The notes beneath the pieces are model-generated. The model made no database searches and was not told the DNA's origin. It was given only the letters and a program-made list of their open reading frames with translations. Positions 27,801 to 41,626 of a stretch of DNA of 64,000 bases are shown one piece after another. The translations under genes and the position numbers were made by a program. The DNA comes from Tubulanus polymorphus. Lineage: Eukaryota > Animalia > Nemertea. Position 1 is the first letter of the stretch; every line of letters begins with the position of its first letter. The DNA lies in NCBI RefSeq assembly GCF_964204645.1, contig NC_134026.1:14010050-14074049 (forward strand), read 5' to 3'.

Positions 27801-28849
27801 ATATCTTTAATTCTAACTGGATAATTGTCTATCTTATAATTATTTTCAAATTGTATATAATTTGTTAATCTATAAGTATGTTTATTGTAATCTTCAACTG
27901 GATGTAAGCAACTTATAATTGTCCATAGAAAACATTTATTATCTTCATTTTATACGTTTATAACAGCATTTGTTTAATATAACTTGATCCATTTATATTA
28001 TTATCTTTATAATATGATGAATTATTTTCATCAATTGGTTTTGATTTAGTTAACTTATTATATTTTGTGTTGTAACTATAAACATGTAAAGTCATAAATA
28101 TTATTTCATCGAATATTAAACCTGATCCTTCAAAATATTTCTCTTCTATTTTAGTTTTTACTTCATTATAACATTTATCTCATTTTTCATCTATATGTTG
28201 TTTTGAAATAATATGTTGTGAATGGGAATTTATATTATATATTGGTTTATCTTCAGATTTTATAAACTTTACTTTAACTGATATGCTAATTTTAGGGTAT
28301 ACCAACATCTGTGATTATTTTTATAATATTTTTCATATTTTCCAAATGTTTTTTATTTTCTTCTAATGTTTTTCCTTTATGGAATTTAAACTCAATAGCT
28401 GCTGGACCAATATCACTTTTAAATGCTTCAGTTATCTCTATTTCTTCTTTATTATCTAATGAATTAATATAATTTGTTACATCTTCCATGTATGGTCTTT
28501 TATTGTTTAATTTATTTTTTATTCTTTTAATTGTCTTCGGTTTCTTATCATTATCTTTATCAGAATAATCTTCACCTAAAATATCATTATTCATATTTCT
28601 AATATGACTTTTAGATTTTAAATGTTCTTTATAATATCTTTTATCACTGAATGATTGATTACATGAATCACATTTGTATGTTTCTTTTTCATTCTTTAAT
28701 TCATCTAATTTAGTTTCTAATATATCATCTTTATATTCTAACTTAAATTTATTTTCTAAATGTGTTCTAGTTTTATTGTGTCTTGGTTTTTGGGATTTAT
28801 CTTTATTGATTTTACATATTGGACAGTAGTACTTCTTATTTGCTTCCAT
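24862..28849 (-). pseudogene. Protein-primed family B DNA polymerase with N-terminal zinc fingers and EndoVII-like insert, disrupted
   Basis: YGDFES, FHNLSGYD, YLKSD, YIDANNLYGWAM, LMNNAFYGK, YFDTDS; CYYC...VRDHD...AH..CN. Confidence 0.95.
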
Positions 28850-28928
28850 TTAAATATCAAATTTTTTATTAAAATTGATTTTAGAAGTTATTCATTTATA
28901 TGTTATTCATATATATGAATATTTTAAG

Positions 28929-29076
28929 AGTAAATAGGATAATAGGGGTTCGGGTTAAAGGTTGAAGGGGCGAGTAAAAAATGAAAAATAAATTCGAGCG
29001 TGCGTGAATTTATTTTTCATTTTTTATGAGCTCGACCCTTCGACCTTTGGCCTGAACCCCTATTATCCTATTTACT
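28929..29076. repeat. Terminal fold-back hairpin of copy A
   Basis: AGTAAATAGGATAATAGGGGTTC... pairs with ...GAACCCCTATTATCCTATTTACT; 148 bp. Confidence 0.9.
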
Positions 29077-29263
29077 GCGGTGGGATGAAATTGATTTGAT
29101 TTGATCGATTAGTTGATAGACCTGCACAGAAGAAACTCAACGAGAATTTTAGCATAACCTTTCTTTTATCTTTATTATTTTGGCACTGAGTGGAACATAG
29201 ACTCGTTCAGAATTCGTACATGATGATTAAGATTATTATTCGAATTTTAGTGACTTAGAAAAG

Positions 29264-32200
29264 ATGAGTACTCAATCCGTTGACGTGGATGGTGATCTGA
29301 GAGGTAGACCTTCGACTAGGAGTAATGCTCGTAGACAACCCCGAAGTCTTAGCGACGAGGTATCGCAATCTCGAAGAGATGGGAATCTTACCCGTCGTCA
29401 GCCCTTAGACAGAGAGACGACAGTCGTAGGAGATTCCCCAGCCGTAACGGAAGCAGTTACCGCGACTGATGCACTCGAGAAAGGTTCAGAGGTGTTTGAG
29501 ACGACAACGCTTCCTCGTAGAGTTAGCTCCGGAGACCAGAGTTCCCATTATGCAGACCGTTTCGAGCGCAATGTCGAAACGAGCGATCGTCTTGACCGAA
29601 TTCCTTTGGGGTCAAATTTTGATTTTGAGAGTCAGCGCCTCGCTCAAGATCGTAACCCGGCATGTAGAATCAAGCCCGAAACCTTCGACTGTAACGGTTC
29701 TTGGCGAGATTATATTTAAGTTTTTGAGACGGTATCACGTATCAACCGCTGGGACGATGGATCCAAGGCAGATTTTCTTTTCGTACACCTTCCAGGCCCA
29801 GCCCGTCAATTAGCTTGCACTTTGTCGCATCGAAGCCGGCTTGATTATGGTGAGTTAGTCGGTATACTCGGCTCGAGATTTGGTTTTGGCCATCAATCTG
29901 AACTCTTCTTAGCTGAAATTAAGAACAGAAGGCGTAAGAGGACAGAAACCCTAAGAGAACTGGGGCAAGAGCTACTTTCCCTTGCGGTACAGGCTTATCC
30001 TGATTTAGACCCATTTCAGAGAGACCGTTTGGTCCGCACTCATTTTACAGACGCGATCGACGATAGAGAGCTGCGTATGCAATTGTATCAGAGTCATTGT
30101 AAATCGCTCGACGAGTTAGTCCGTTTAGCCGTAGAACTAGAGGGGTTTAAGAGATTGGAGGAAGATAGAGAGCGTGGCTCCCACGGGTTTGTAAGAGCAA
30201 CGAAAGTAGAAGAGAATGACCAAATTGAGACATTGAGATCTCAGGTGACCGAGTTAACGACAATGGTGAAGCAGTTGGTAGGCCTTCAATCTCAACAGAG
30301 CGTTCGTCGAGACAATCATTCTATAGTATGTTATAGTTGTGGTCAAGCAGGACACATCTCTAGAAACTGCCGAGAAGGACCGAGACGGGGAAACGGGCGA
30401 CCCCTGGCTCAAAGAGTCAAGCCAGAGGAGAGCTTAAAAATCAAACTCTCATCACCAACCCACTCAGATGAACGAGTTGCTGTGAGCGCGATCAGCAACA
30501 CCGTATCTAGTATAATTATCAACGGGAAAGTTGATAGTGTACAAACCAAATTTTTAGTCGATACCGGTGCGTGTGTTTCAGTTCTAAGTAAAAGCGTTTT
30601 CGAGAAATTACACCCAGCATCAAAAGAGAATCTAGAAAAATCGAATTTACAGCTGTACAATATCAGTAATTCCCATCTGAAAACATATGGTAAACTTGAG
30701 GTCGGTGAGGTAATGCCCTGGCCGTTCGCTGTGGCTGACATCGAAGATGAAACTGTCCTAGGTTTAGATTTTCTTTCACACTATGACTGCCAGATTCATC
30801 CAGCCAGGCAAAGTATTACGTGCCACGGTGAACAAATTATCTACGGGAAGAAATGCCAGCTGGATAAGAACAATACTCACGTCAGAAGCCGTCAACGGGT
30901 CGTTATTCCACCTTTCAGCGAAAAAGTGCTGGAAGGAACGACTGATGTACAGCACCACTCCGGGAAGTGGGCTATGATAGAACCGTCTGAGTTTAGCCAC
31001 AAACATCGATTTCTGACAGCGAGAAGTCTCGTCGACACCGAGAATCTAATATCACCCACAAGAGTTTTGAATCCTACTCCACACAAGATTACTGTTTGTA
31101 AGGGGACATCCCTTGGCTATTTGAGACCCGTGGTTAGAGTGGAACCCAGTAATGTGAGAGCCATGCATACTCCCAGTCCTCCAAGTGAAGAGACTCCCGA
31201 ATTTTTAAATGATCTTGTCGAGAGAAGCACGAAAGATTTGCAACCAGACGAAGCGTCAAAGGTCGAAAAGTTAATTTTAGAGTATCGAGACATCTTCGCT
31301 CGGTCCGACGCAGATTTAGGTGTAGCCCCGGGAATTACGCATGATATACACACAGGGGACGCTAAGCCGGTTAGACAGAAGGCTCGTCGCTTACCACCAG
31401 CAAGACAAGAAGTAGCTAGTCGCCTAGTCAAAGAGATGCTAGATCGCGGGGTGGTCGAACCGTCAACTTCACCGTGGGCTAGTCCGATAGTTCTTGTGTC
31501 AATGAAGGACGGGGGAATTAGATTTTGCCTAGATTATCGGCGTGTGAATGATGTCACTATGAAAGATGCTTATCCCCTACCCAGAATTGATGACTCTATT
31601 CGTTCTCTCTCTGGCTCTCGATATTTTTGGACTATGGATCTCGCATCTGGTTATTGGCAGGTCGAGCTATCAGAATCTACAAGAGAGAAATCCGCATTTG
31701 TCATGAGAGATGGTCTATTTCAATTTCGAAACATACCTTTTGGGTTATGTAATAGCGGCGCGACGTTCGAAAGACTCATGGAACAGGTTCTCTGTGGCCT
31801 GCAGTATGAGATTTGCTTAGTTTATTTGGATGATATCATAGTATTCGGAAAGAATTTTGAAGAGACTTTGGACAACCTGCGCCAAGTATTCGAAAGGCTT
31901 AGAAGATCTGATCTAAAACTTAAACCCAGGAAGTGCCACTTCTTTGAGAAATCAGTTGCGTTTTTAGGACATGTAGTCTCCGAGGACGGCGTATCGTGCG
32001 ATCCGGATAAAATAGAATCAATAAAGACTTGGCCTGTACCGCGATGTCAAACCGACGTGAGATCATTTTTGGGTTTAGCATCGTACTACCGGAGTTTTTG
32101 CCAGGATTTTGCATCGATTGCAAACCCCTCCACAGATTATCGAGAAGGGAAGGAAATTTGAATGGTCTACGGAATGTCAGTACGCTTTTGAGGAATTGAA

Positions 32201-33780
32201 AAACGTGCTCATGACAGCGCCAATACTGGCGTATCAACTCCCGGATACTCTGTTTATTTTAGATACAGACGCTAGTGGGGTAGGCTTGGGGGCTGTTTTG
32301 TCACAAGTACACGATGGGGTAGAGAAAGTAATCGCTTATGGAAGTCGCACCTTGTGAAAACAAGATCGAAATTATTGCGTCACGAGACGTGAGCTATTAG
32401 CAGTAGTCACGTACGTCAAGCATTTTAGACATTATTTATTAGGGAGAGAGTTTCTGCTCCGCACTGACCACGGTTCCCTACGTTGGCTCATGTCTTTTAA
32501 AGATCCGGAGGGACAGATAGCCAGGTGGATTACCTTACTGTCAGAATATGAATTTAAGGTTCAACATCGTCCCGGCCGTCTTCATACGAACGCAGATGCT
32601 CTGAGTCGTAGGGAATGTCAGCATTGCTTAAGGGCCTCTGAGAGATATGAGACAATCGAGAGTCCATGCAGCCACGTCAAGCGGGTGAGAGCTATCAGAG
32701 ACTGTTCCACTGAATTATCATGCGCGCCAAAATGGTCGCCGACAGAACTAGGCCAAGCACGAGCAAACGACCCTGATCTGAGATGGATTGTAGAGCGGTA
32801 TAAGTCCCAAAACCGACCAGGCTGGCAGGATGTGGCGAGTGAGGGCGCTACCAGCAAATTTCTAGCAACCCGGTGGGAACCATTAAGATTGGTCGACGGC
32901 GTACTGTATATCACCAAGGAAAGACAAGGGTTAGAACCGTCCACGTTGTTAGGTTTGCCTAAAACTTACCGTCACGAAGTATTCATCGAGATTCACGCCT
33001 CTAGAACCGCTGGACATTTTGGCTACAAGAAGACCCTCACTAGTATTCATAAAAGATATTTCTGGCCGGAAATTCGGGACGATGTCAAACTCTGGTGTGC
33101 GACCTATGTGCCACCAGGAAGAGTCCACCTAGAAGTAATAAAGCAAAACTTAAAGACTATCGCATCGGACTACCTATGGAAAGAATAGCTTTAGATATTT
33201 TGGGGCCGCTACCCGAAACGAAAGCCGGGAACACAGTAATTTTAGTTGTCTCCGATTATTTTACTCGTTGGGTAGAGGCCTATCCTCTACCTAATCAGGA
33301 AGCCAAGGCTGTAGCAGCAACACTCGTCCGAGAATTTATAAGTAGGTTTGGAGTAGCAAGACAATTTCACTCCGATCAATGGTCTAATTTCCAGTCAAAA
33401 CTAATGACTGAAATTTGCGGCATGCTAGAAATGCGTAGGCCTAAGACTAGAACTACTGCCTACCATCCGCAGTCTGATGGACTAGTCGAGCGGTATAATC
33501 GCACCCTGTTGAACGGGCTCGCCATGCTTGTGAATAAAAACCAGGACGACTGGGACGAGCAGCTACCATTCTTAACGATGGCGTACCGAGCGTCGACACA
33601 TGATTCGACCGGATTTAGGACCATGCGAGATTTTCAAGATAATAAACGACGTAGTCTATACTATAGTGCTTCCTAATTCGAACAAGCGTATGACCGTGCA
33701 TTTCGACCGACTGAAACCTTACCTTGAGCTAACCGCAACTGACCTGAGGACTCCCAACTATTCAGAGATTTTAGAACCAC
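29264..33780 (+). pseudogene. Gypsy gag-pol (CCHC, protease, RT, RNase H, integrase), disrupted
   Basis: CYSCGQAGHISRNC, LVDTGA, YLDD, DTDASG, ADALSR, ALDILGP, HPQSDGLVER; stops, frameshifts and a deletion near 33615. Confidence 0.93.
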
Positions 33781-33859
33781 ATTTTTCGGGCGTACATCGA
33801 GACCACCTGATAGATATGGCGACAGGTGCTAGCCCAGGCGTCGCCTACATTATTAATCT

Positions 33860-34873
33860 TCATGGTTTTTATCCGTTTTATTTTGTAGGGATAAATCAGC
33901 TAAAGTTAAATGTATCTACTGTGCGCGAAGAGTGGACAAAGAAAACGTCCACGCGCACAATCGGTATTGCAAAGGCCGGACCCGCGAGGGAAAGGTTTTC
34001 GAATGCGAGAAATGTGGGAAGCAGTTCGCCACTAAGCTGAAGGCTCGCAGGCACGTCAAGTACCATGAGGAAAGAGTGCGCATTCTCGAAGTTGCGGAAG
34101 ACTCGTGGGACCGAGACCCGCCAGCACAAGTCTTGTCCGAGTCGAACGTCACGTCTACGGTCACCGCGGTATCCGGCAAGAGAAAGTTTAAACGCGAAGA
34201 ACAGAGTCAAAAGAAATACTAGAAGAAGATGAGCAAGTCGACGCCCGAACCGGCCGCAACTTCGACGAGAGAACAGGCAATGGAGGTCACTCCCGCCAAC
34301 TGTCAATCGGAAGGGTGATCGGCCTCCGACGTCGTCACCCGAATTATGAGAGAGATGTCGGGCACCATGGAGGAAGTTTTTCCACCTTCAATAACGGAGA
34401 AGCTTCCACCCGTCCTCAGCGATGATCCACCGACTGTCGCAAGCGTTAAACTATCAACCGTCGTCGATAGCCTACCGACCGAACCGCCCACTAGTGTAAA
34501 GACGTCAGCAATACAGTCTCCGACATCCGTCGCCAAGTCGTCTGCAGAGTCGCTGCCGGTAATTGCCGAGGAACCGTCGACCGAGCCATCAGAGATAGCA
34601 AGAGATACGTCGAAGCCGGAAGACGTCGTTGTCCATGAGTCATCAGTGAGTGGTCAGGCCAACGAGAGTCTAGCATTGTGCGAGCAGTTGGTCCTTCTGC
34701 ACTGTCATCCTGTTCCTGGTCGCAGTGCGTATAGGTATTTTGGGTCACCGTGCGACAGAGTAATATGCAATCAGTGCGTCATCGAATCGTCGAGATTTAA
34801 GACAGTGGCCAACTCCGGAGTTTGTACGACAGGTGGAGGTGACGCGACCTACGGCGTTCAGGATATTACATAG
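33860..34873 (+). pseudogene. Extra Gypsy 3' ORF with C2H2 zinc finger and S/T/P-rich region
   Basis: FECEKCGKQF......RHVKYH in 33932-34222; continuation in 34346-34873; lies upstream of the PPT. Confidence 0.55.
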
Positions 34874-35227
34874 CCACCCTAACGCGGCCGGTGACGTCGA
34901 AATCTATGAATTCAGTGGTGAATCAGTATCGTGCGCGCTGTGTTTGATCGACCGGAAAGTATTCAATATCTAAGAGTAAGACGACACCACATCCGATTTT
35001 CGCTTATTATCGCCTCCGCCTGGAGAGGTTGGAGGCTGGGAGGGGGTGTTGTGGCGAAAAATTATGAGAATGCCGGTTTGCTAGCGTATCTATTTAACAC
35101 CCGTATTGCTCGGGTTAGTTTTACTATCAACGGGTGGCGCTGTATATAAATTTCACATAAATCAACGACTTTCGGCTATTAGCGCTACTTAAGACCACTT
35201 GAAAACATCATAGTCAATTACGGTAGT

Positions 35228-36072
35228 CAGGGGCGGATCCAGACCGTATTAGCCGTATTGCCCAATACGGTCTAGAATTTTTAAGTGCCCTTCGAAATTT
35301 CACCGGCAATATTTTTGACGGCATTATCTCAACAACCGCTAATTCCGTGTCCGTAATCCGGGCATAATTATGAAATTAATCGGTATATACTGCTGCCAAG
35401 AAAGTGAGGAGAGATAATCATATTTGTAAAGCCTTTAATCATGATAAATTAAAAAGGGCACTTTCCTTTTGCAAGGGGCACTCATGCTTTAGATGAGGGC
35501 ACCTTGTCCTTCCTTGCCTTTTCAGGGAGGGCTTAAGGGGCACTCGTACTTTAGAAGAGGGCACTATACGCGGAAAATGTTGAAGAAAAGGGCACTTTTT
35601 TGCCTAATTTTTAAAATTTTAGGGGCAATTTCGGTTTGGAAGATGGCACACGACATAAGGATAAATGTGAAGACGAGGCAATTTTTGCCGATTGTTAACA
35701 ATGAAGGGGCACTTAGCCGTATTCTGTATAATTGTTAAGGGGCACTTTTAAAGATTATAGGGGCACTAGGCGAAGTTGGCGACAACCATTCTTTCATGGG
35801 TTCGCCAGCTTCATTTTTTATCCGCATGTGTTGAAATCTTGTCTCGAATTCGTTTATTCTGGATTGCTCTGCTAGCCTCTAGAAGCCCTCTAAAAGCCTT
35901 TAAATGGTACCATATTTTCAAAATTTTATGGGGGTGGGCCCCCAGACCCCATCTAAGGACTTCGCGCCTTCGGCGCTCGCATTGACCTGGATACTGGGTT
36001 GCCCTAAGATCAGAAAGGTGCCCTTAAATTTCCTTCCAATACTGTCTACCCATCCCCCTGGATCCGCCCCTG
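35228..36072. mobile_element. MITE with 15-bp TIR CAGGGGCGGATCCAG
   Basis: Perfect TIRs at 35228-35242 and 36058-36072; many internal GGGCAC repeats; AGT on both flanks. Confidence 0.85.
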
Positions 36073-39000
36073 AGTAGTAGTGAACATAAAAAGATACAGT
36101 ACAAAGATACAGTTCGGTGTACAGTTAAGGACATGATTCCATAGGACCCATACCAGAGACATTTTGTTCAGACAAGGTCTATTAGTTAAACACTAATCTT
36201 CATTTTCAGCAATTATCGATCTGGTGAATTAATTTTGATTCGGTCTTTCGGTGGTTCGAGATAAAATGCCCGCAAAATAAGAACCTAACGAACCAGGGCT
36301 GACCACAAATTGCCCAACAGATAAATTTTCGAAACGAAACAATCCAATCATGTTTGGTATCAAATGTGGCGTGGACTATGGTCTTTTAACTGACCAATGC
36401 ATGACCAGTACTGACCATATAGTAAATTATTTGTTTGCAAACAATTAAGTTGTTTGGTGTCAAATAACTAGATATGATGTGGGCATTAATCTAAAAATTG
36501 TGTAACTGACCAATGCTTGACCAGTACAGACCAGTTACCAGTGCTAACCAGAACCCCCATAAGTAATTTATATGTTTAGTGAATCCTTCGTTAGTACTAC
36601 TAGCTCTTACATTTAAATTTGTCGCTTGAAAAAGTCTTGTCCGATTTTTGTTGTAGGTAGCGAGCTAACTTTGAAATTCCGCTAAAATGCATAAGATTTT
36701 TACGTAGGGTTTTGAACGAACAACGTTTCCATTTGTAATTGTAACGTGCGCATTTGGGCCTGTAACGTGCACATTTCACTCGCGTGAACGTGCGTATCCG
36801 TACCAACATGCGAAACTTGTCAAACTTTTACGATCAAGACTTTTAAACTGAACAAAGAAGATATCATATCATATTATATATACATGAATAGATGGAATGA
36901 TAATGTAGTAGTTTTAAATGTTTCGTAGCTGCTGTCCACTGACCACAGATCAAAGCTAATTGCCTGATATGAAATATATTTTTGTTATAGAGATGTAGTA
37001 GATCAGTGAGAATAACTTATGGTTAATTTTGAGTGATCACAACGCTAACCAATAGAGAAAGCTGTAAGGCCTAAGAAAAGATGCATTAAGTCTAACATAT
37101 CTTTTAATATAATGATGAAGTATTCAACTGGCCATCACAACAATAGTTTGACTTATCTTATTGAAAAATACCGGAATGTTAATGGGAAAACATTGAATTC
37201 GAAACAATTCCACACTCAATCGTTTACTTTGATAACACAATTTGCATTTTGTGGACATGTATTTTTTTCTGTACCAAAAGCATGAAGTATATTATCTTTG
37301 CTTGTAAAAATTTGAAATTTTGGGGAAGATTTTTGGCCTCGTTAACCTGTGAGCACGTCCTTCATATATTTTCTAAGACCGACCCTTGAAATAATGCTGA
37401 GAGTTTCGAGGATAATTTTGGTAGGATGTAAACTTAGGCTGCTTCGTATCCGTGGAGGGTTGCTAATTATTGATTCTATACACAATAATCATAAGTACCA
37501 TGAGATTCGATAGAATATCGTTTTTCAATCATACGTACACGAATTATCGCGATATAAAGATAAATAATATGTTCATATACTTTTTACGTCTTATACTGTA
37601 TATTTCTTTAGTAGTATAAATAAAGAGTGGATCAGCAGGCCACCTGAGACCATTCCACGATCTAAGGTCAGTTGCCAAAAGTTAGTAAGTTTACCAGCGG
37701 ATAGTTAACATTTATAATGACAATTAAATTTTCATTGCTAAAATAACTTTGTACTTGTTGACTCAAAAGCAGAGAATTGAAAATACGATAATACGATACG
37801 AAAACTCAGTGTACAAATTCAAAAAGATTATCTCTAGTGAGAGATCGAACGTTGTGTCGTAATTTTCTAATGATAAAACATGGTTTGAAATTTGAAATGT
37901 GTACATAGTTGATCTTTTTCAGTGTATTTAGTCATGTATCATATTGGATGATGGTTAATTTAAACTATCTTTTGAGAAACGGGTCCCAGAGCTATATCCT
38001 TTACTCCTGTAATAGAGGATGCAATCTATTTGCGACAAACAGCTAGTGCAAATAGCTAGAAAAGGTCACAATAGTGCATTGGCAAACTTAGAGCAAGCGT
38101 ATATTGGTTGTTTAGGTTTTTCGAAGGGGAGAATTTGTGGGAAAATTAATCATTACTGAGATATATCCGTGGCGAGATTTTCCAGGGATTTAAAAAGTTG
38201 AGCTGTACACCAGGAATTTTGTGTAGTCCAATATCCGTGATTACCTCTGGCGTGGAGAGATACAATCTAAAACCAACCCTAGAGTCAAATATTTTACCAC
38301 AATTTTTTATGATCAATAAAAAGATTGAGTAATAGACATTCAAACAGTATTATCTAAATTCCACTCCATTTTAAACTCATTCATCTCTACACAAACTCCA
38401 ACTTGTTGAACAGTCCACATTAAAATTAGGGACCACTATTCTTGCTCATCTACACTGGCTACCAATCTAACAAAGGATTAAATTTGAGTGTTTGGTGTTA
38501 TAACAATACCAGACTGAATTATGGATTCGGTTTCTACTTTTTAATTGAACATTTATATCACATATTGGGCATCATTTTTACCAGTATATATGGAATAACC
38601 TATCCTTATATCATGTTCAATTTTATATAATCTGACTTTTGAGATGTCATTCAATCAATGCATTCACATGCGGTCGTCGCTTTCAATAGCCACCACGGAC
38701 TGGCTCCTTATTATTTCTTTGACGATACCATTGGCGGACGATCCCACACGTTTCTTGCTCCAGCCCTAGAATGCTCAATATTCGTCATGAACCCCGTTTT
38801 GAATTTAAATTCAAAATACTCCTAAAACACACCTGTTAACTAGATTACTCTAAAACACCTTTATGTGCAAGAATCAGTGAAATTGGCGCTTTATCAGTTG
38901 TATTCATCATTCGTACCCACGAATCTCGTATCGTATCCTATGAATGTGGAGACCCATCCTCGTAAAGAGAATGAATATATAGGCTCTGATGCGTTTATAT

Positions 39001-41626
39001 CATTTGATATGAGGCTACGTGTCATCTTCAATTGAAATCACGTTGTTTTTTTAAAGGGTGGGCGAGAATATATTCTTATGTTTTTGTTTCTCTGAATGTT
39101 GCTATTTAAGAGTTCAATAATTTCAGTCTACCAAACAAAGGATTTTCCGTATGTTTCGTGACATGTTTTTCCATAACCCTAGGAGAGCATTTTAGGTATT
39201 TTTTGCGGATGACCGAAAGCTGCTGTCCCTTTCTAGTAATTTGATGATATCCGTTGAAATCTAAATTCTAAAAAGGAATCAGGCATATCTTCTTGTTTGA
39301 CTAAATATGAACTCAACAACAAGTGACACTCCCTTCAAAGGCGCCGAAGTAAAATCATGTGTCGAGTGGAGATGATATTGTGTCAGAATTTCTTCAAAAT
39401 CGGAGAAAATTGAATATTTTGAAAATAATCATTTTACATGTATGTTTAAATCCGTTATAACTGGAGCAATTTTCATGAAAAAATATCTATGGAATCAGCG
39501 AAATGTAATTAAGAAGAATACTATGTTTAAAAAGTTATCAAAGACATTTGAAAAAAGTTTTCTGAATTCGTCAACTGTTAAACTAGTAGCAACCAGATGT
39601 GTTCCCATTAAACCACCGACCGCGAGCCGAGTCGATGTGAGATGTGCCCTACACTGAAAATCTCAAGTGCTATACAACCGGTTTTTTAGGTGCCTCTGAA
39701 TGTCGGCCGTTAAAAAACTGAACCATTCCCAATTGGAAAAGGCCGAGGTAGTTAGAGAAAATTCAAGATGTGTATATCGTGTGATACAGGCTCCATATTT
39801 CATGTGCGTTTGGAATTTAACCTTGTTTATAACGAAACACGCATGTATTTATGCTATTTTAGATTTAAAAAGAGCGCACGAAAGTGTTTCATGAGACCCG
39901 CAAATAACGTCAAGTTATTCATGCATTTTTGATTTATATGAATAGGCGTTTTTCGAGTACCGAAATTTCTCAGGTGGATTATTCAATAAATTCACAACAG
40001 TCCATTATGGATTAGTTTGACGCCAATCCTTCTTTTAAAGATCTTTCTTTCTCGAAGAAAGATTTTCTTAAAAACTTTGATTATGGCGAATCTTTTATGT
40101 GTCCGATAGTTTAACCTTCGGGTATTATACTAGAACACAAATTTTTAAAGATATTCATAACATACTGAAGGATATCACAGTTTATACCCGAAGATATGCA
40201 GTTGGATAGATATTTTTGTTTCGACTCGCATGCGACAGTAAAAACGGTACTTGATATAATAAGTGAACTTCATCATTGATATTTTCACTAATCTACTAGA
40301 ATTCCAAAAAAGAACTGACAATGATAAAGGGTTACAGCTGTAACTGATATCACTCCAAATTTCAATTCCTATGAACACTTTTCATATAAAGAAAACTATT
40401 AACGAAACAGTTTTTAGAGGCGAAGAATCCGCGTTACCATCGAATTTTCAAAACTTGAAGGTATGGTTAATGCCTCGGTGACCACTGGTCTAGTACGCGG
40501 TTGTCTGAAATGAAAGTGGCCAAGTCTAAAGAACAACTATTGTATCACATGATTTCAAATATTAGGAACCCAATGCGTTTAATGATTTAATTAATTGGTA
40601 TCGCACAGATTGGTTAAAAGACGGGTGTTAGTCACCTTGTGATTTAATTGTTTTTCATGCATCGATTAATTAATCTTATTATAACTTATTTGTAGGCGCT
40701 TCCCGCAAACATTTTCTATTCGTTGAGTTTTCAAACGCAGTACTGTTCAGATGATACGAGTCAAGTAGTAAAAAAGTTTATGTATTAGCATTACTATGCA
40801 GTGAAAATAACGCACTGCGGCAAGTGAGGTGCTGTGATCCAGATGTGTAACCCATTTATGGGTAATAAATTTCCATCATGTCAACGCCATTCAAAAACAG
40901 TTGAAAAACTTTCTGCTGGTTTCTAGAAATAGCAATACGACGACAAGCACTTTCGAATTCGACCACGATATTTGAGAAGTTTCACTTGGGCAGTGGTGGT
41001 CAGTGATGGTCAATTTATGAATTTTAATGGCGAATCCTTTCTAGTTTCACACCAAATGCGGTACCGGTATATCGTTCTTTCAAGAAGTTTCAATTGGTCA
41101 GTGGTGGTCAGTGATGGTCAGTGATGAATTTGCAATGATGATTCCTTAGTTGTTTGAAAACAAACATTACATGATAAATTTCCGAAATTCGAAGTCAAGT
41201 GTTCAGACTCGGGGATATATCAATTGGTCAGTTACTGACCATCATGGTGTCACCATTGTGGTCTATAGCTCAAATGAAACATGTGGAACCGACGAAGGGG
41301 CACAAAAGCCATTTCCTGGAGTGACGTGATCCAAAAATGCCCTAACGTGAAAAGGCAGTCTCTCAATTGGATGAAACCAAATCGGACAGGACAATTAAAA
41401 TTTGGGAAGGTCACAGGTAGTGGTCTCTCTACGAAGCCCACGCGGTGAGCGTATTATTATGAAATCTTTTTTTAAACCACCATGTACCACGAAGTAATAA
41501 GCATCGTTGTAAGCACTTGAATCAGCCATTAACCACTTGAAACTGTCAGATCAAACATCATACCGCATCCCTGCAAAGAGGGGTGGTTAGTAATAGGGAT
41601 AATAGGCTTTCAGATCAAAGGTCGAT

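Larger units (their letters stand above)
29077..35220 (+). mobile_element. Gypsy LTR retrotransposon (5' LTR absent here; decayed)
   Basis: PBS remnant GCGGTGGGAT; gag-pol; polypurine tract GGGAGGGGG at 35038-35046 followed by TGT. The end of the 3' LTR is uncertain. Confidence 0.9.

Noticed and set aside
28871-28878. AAAATTGA Mimivirus-type early promoter
   Set aside because: It is oriented away from PolB and likely to occur by chance in AT-rich DNA.
38100-38800. Possible degraded LINE endonuclease fragment
   Set aside because: I could not recover convincing motifs.
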